Assembly (NCBI GenBank): GCA_021815785.1
Contig: JAKAZS010000005.1
Location: 1 to 60,196, forward strand
DNA: 60,196 nucleotides
From: a bacterium
GTDB taxonomy: Bacteria; Cyanobacteriota; Vampirovibrionia; Obscuribacterales; JAKAZS01
Direction: 5' to 3'
Positions 58,243 through 60,196 of this stretch are shown in pieces; positions within the stretch are counted from its first letter, which is position 1; every line of letters starts with the position of its first letter. Below the pieces are notes generated by a model. It worked only from the letters and a program-made list of their open reading frames with translations. It was not told the origin of the DNA and made no database searches. A program made the translations under genes and the position numbers.

Positions 58243-59313
58243 TTGAATAAATTCGTTATTGAAACCCGCAATTTATGTAAAAAATATCAAAATACGCCTG
58301 CAGTTACGAATATTAATCTGCAAATTGAATCAGGTGAATTTATCAGTATTCTTGGTCCCTCAGGATCCGGCAAGACGACATTATTAAGAATGTTGGCCGG
58401 ACTGGAAGAATCTGACTCAGGTCAAATCTTGTTAGCTGATAATGATATCACTAATATTGCCCCATATAAACGCCCTATTAATATGGTCTTTCAAAATTAT
58501 GCCTTATTTCCCCATATGAATGTTTTTGACAATATTGCCTTTGGCTTAAAAATCAAACGCGAACTTACTCAAAGCAAAATTAAAGACGTCGTTCTCAATG
58601 CCTTAAATTTAGTAAAACTTAGTGGTTATGACAATCGTTATCCACATCAGCTATCCGGAGGTCAACAGCAAAGAGTAGCCATTGCCAGGGCTATTGTTAA
58701 CGAACCCTTGGTACTCCTCTTGGATGAGCCCTTATCAGCGCTGGATCAACAAATTCGTGATGAAATGAAAGATGAATTAATTTATTTACAAAAACAATTA
58801 AACATGACTTTTATAATGGTAACCCATGATCAAAACGATGCTTTGTCACTGTCTAAACGTATTGCGATCATCAACAATGGCATTCTTGAACAATTTGCCA
58901 GTGCCAGTCAAATCTACGATAAACCAGAAACCAAATTTATTGCTAAATTTATTGGTAATACCAATTTATTAACCGGTCAAATTATTGAAAAGTCAGCTAA
59001 CGAATTAATTGTTGAAGTAAATACAGGAATAAAACTTGTTGTTAATCAATCAAACTTTAAGAGTCAATTAATATCTCTATCCATCAGACTTGAAAAAGTC
59101 ACGCTCAATCTTAAACAAATTGCTGATAGCAAGAATCAGTTTCCCGCAACTATAATTCGTAGTCAATATCAAGGAGGCTATACTGTCTACAGTTTAAAAT
59201 TAAATGAATCAACCATAATTAAAGCGATTGATACCAGTTCAGCAAACTATCAAATCGATAGTCAAATTTGGCTTAGTATTAATCCAACCGATATCATCGT
59301 ATTTGAGGATTAA
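58243..59313 (+). CDS. potA: Spermidine/putrescine-type ABC transporter ATPase
   Basis: Walker A GPSGSGKTT, LSGGQQQRVAIARA, LLLDEP and a C-terminal TOBE-like domain; TTG start. Confidence 0.85.
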   Translation: MNKFVIETRNLCKKYQNTPAVTNINLQIESGEFISILGPSGSGKTTLLRMLAGLEESDSGQILLADNDITNIAPYKRPINMVFQNYALFPHMNVFDNIAFGLKIKRELTQSKIKDVVLNALNLVKLSGYDNRYPHQLSGGQQQRVAIARAIVNEPLVLLLDEPLSALDQQIRDEMKDELIYLQKQLNMTFIMVTHDQNDALSLSKRIAIINNGILEQFASASQIYDKPETKFIAKFIGNTNLLTGQIIEKSANELIVEVNTGIKLVVNQSNFKSQLISLSIRLEKVTLNLKQIADSKNQFPATIIRSQYQGGYTVYSLKLNESTIIKAIDTSSANYQIDSQIWLSINPTDIIVFED

Positions 59314-59316
59314 GCG

Positions 59317-60196
59317 ATGAACATAAATCGTCGTATTTTTTTAAAATGGTTAAGTCTTTCACTAATAACCGCAACTGGTTGCAACAGTTATAAACCTAAC
59401 CAAACTCACAATTCGATTTTAAATTTATGTAATTGGGCAGATTATATTCATCCGCAAATAATAACTGAATTTGAAAAAAAATATCAAGTAAAAGTTAACT
59501 ATGATACATTTGCCAGCAATGAAGCCTTATTGGCAAAACTTCAAGCCAGTAAAAATCATTATGATATTATTGTACCAACTAGTTATATGCTAAGCCAACT
59601 GCTCAAATTAAATCTCTTAAACAAAATAGATAAAGAGCGAATTCCTAATCTTAAAAATATAAACAAACGTTTTTTTGACAGTAAAATAGATTTCAACTTA
59701 AACTTTAGCGTCCCCTTTTCCTGGGGTACAACTGGAATTGGCTATAATCAGCAAGCTATACAAAATTTACCCATAAATTCACAACTAAAAAAATATGGAC
59801 CAACTGATTTTGATATTTTTTTTAATAACGGCTTTAAGGGCTATATGACACTATTAGACGATCCTCGGGAAACACTTGGATTTGCCTTAAAGCGACTTAA
59901 TCATTCGTATAATTCAACCAACATTAATGAGCTTAACCAAGCTAGCAATGATTTAATTCAACAAAAACCACTGGTCATGTGCTATACCTGTGATCAAGTC
60001 ATAATCCAGCTAGCCAGTGAAGATAGTTATCTGTCACTAGCTTTTAGTGGAGATGTGTATCAGGCTCGGCGTCAAAATAAAAATATTGAATATCGAATTC
60101 CCCAAAATGGCACATCTTTATGGACAGACAATTGGTGCATCCCTAAGGGAGCTGCCAATATTGATCTGGCCTACAAATGGATTAATTTTATGCTTG
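59317..60196 (+). CDS. potD: Polyamine-type periplasmic substrate-binding lipoprotein (PotD/PotF-like), partial, runs off the window
   Basis: Hand translation gives MNINRRIFLKWLSLSLITATGCNS (lipobox), then LNLCNWADYIHPQIITEFEKKYQVKVNYDTFASNEALLAKLQA..YDIIVPTSY. It is absent from the ORF track because no stop falls within the window. Confidence 0.8.
   Translation, partial: MNINRRIFLKWLSLSLITATGCNSYKPNQTHNSILNLCNWADYIHPQIITEFEKKYQVKVNYDTFASNEALLAKLQASKNHYDIIVPTSYMLSQLLKLNLLNKIDKERIPNLKNINKRFFDSKIDFNLNFSVPFSWGTTGIGYNQQAIQNLPINSQLKKYGPTDFDIFFNNGFKGYMTLLDDPRETLGFALKRLNHSYNSTNINELNQASNDLIQQKPLVMCYTCDQVIIQLASEDSYLSLAFSGDVYQARRQNKNIEYRIPQNGTSLWTDNWCIPKGAANIDLAYKWINFML

Noticed and set aside
1-60196. 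Alternative genetic code or widespread pseudogenisation, considered because of the very low G+C
   Set aside because: All conserved genes (recA, gap, pgk, nosZ, RND pumps, proS) translate full length under the standard code, with family-typical lengths and no internal stops.

Overview
This is a 60.2 kb, very AT-rich chromosomal segment (roughly one-third G+C by eye, not computed). It comes from a bacterium with a diderm-type envelope, judging from Lnt, an RND efflux system and TatC. It uses the standard genetic code, since all large genes read through intact. I cannot assign a taxon from sequence alone. Most of the window is densely packed housekeeping. This includes tatC, a TrmH-family methyltransferase, infC-rpmI-rplT, rpsF-ssb-rpsR, proS, recA, ruvC, lnt, gap-pgk, def, an M23 peptidase and a CDF transporter. 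It also includes an MdtABC-like RND efflux operon and a PucR-type regulator followed by potA and potD. A compact Sec-type (clade II) nitrous-oxide reductase cluster sits at 37.4-43.8 kb, ordered cytochrome c, nosZ, membrane-domain::NosL fusion, nosD, nosF, nosY. I saw no transposase, integrase, cas genes, CRISPR array, rRNA, or recognisable defence or toxin-antitoxin system. Six things seem most worth a second look. (1) tRNA-Leu(CAG) is directly followed by five near-identical 63-bp tandem units, each ending in a degenerate copy of the tRNA 3' end, and together they fill the whole leader of the infC operon. (2) The nos cluster contains a membrane-domain::NosL fusion that keeps an internal lipoprotein-type signal. 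(3) A secreted protein carries two Met/Gly-rich tandem-repeat arrays. (4) A RapZ homolog consists only of the C-terminal domain and sits next to a membrane-anchored YvcK. (5) A second Lnt paralog lacks the catalytic Cys motif. (6) An orphan TrbI/VirB10-like secreted protein has no other type IV secretion genes nearby. All functional calls rest on motif recognition in the supplied translations. No database search was run.
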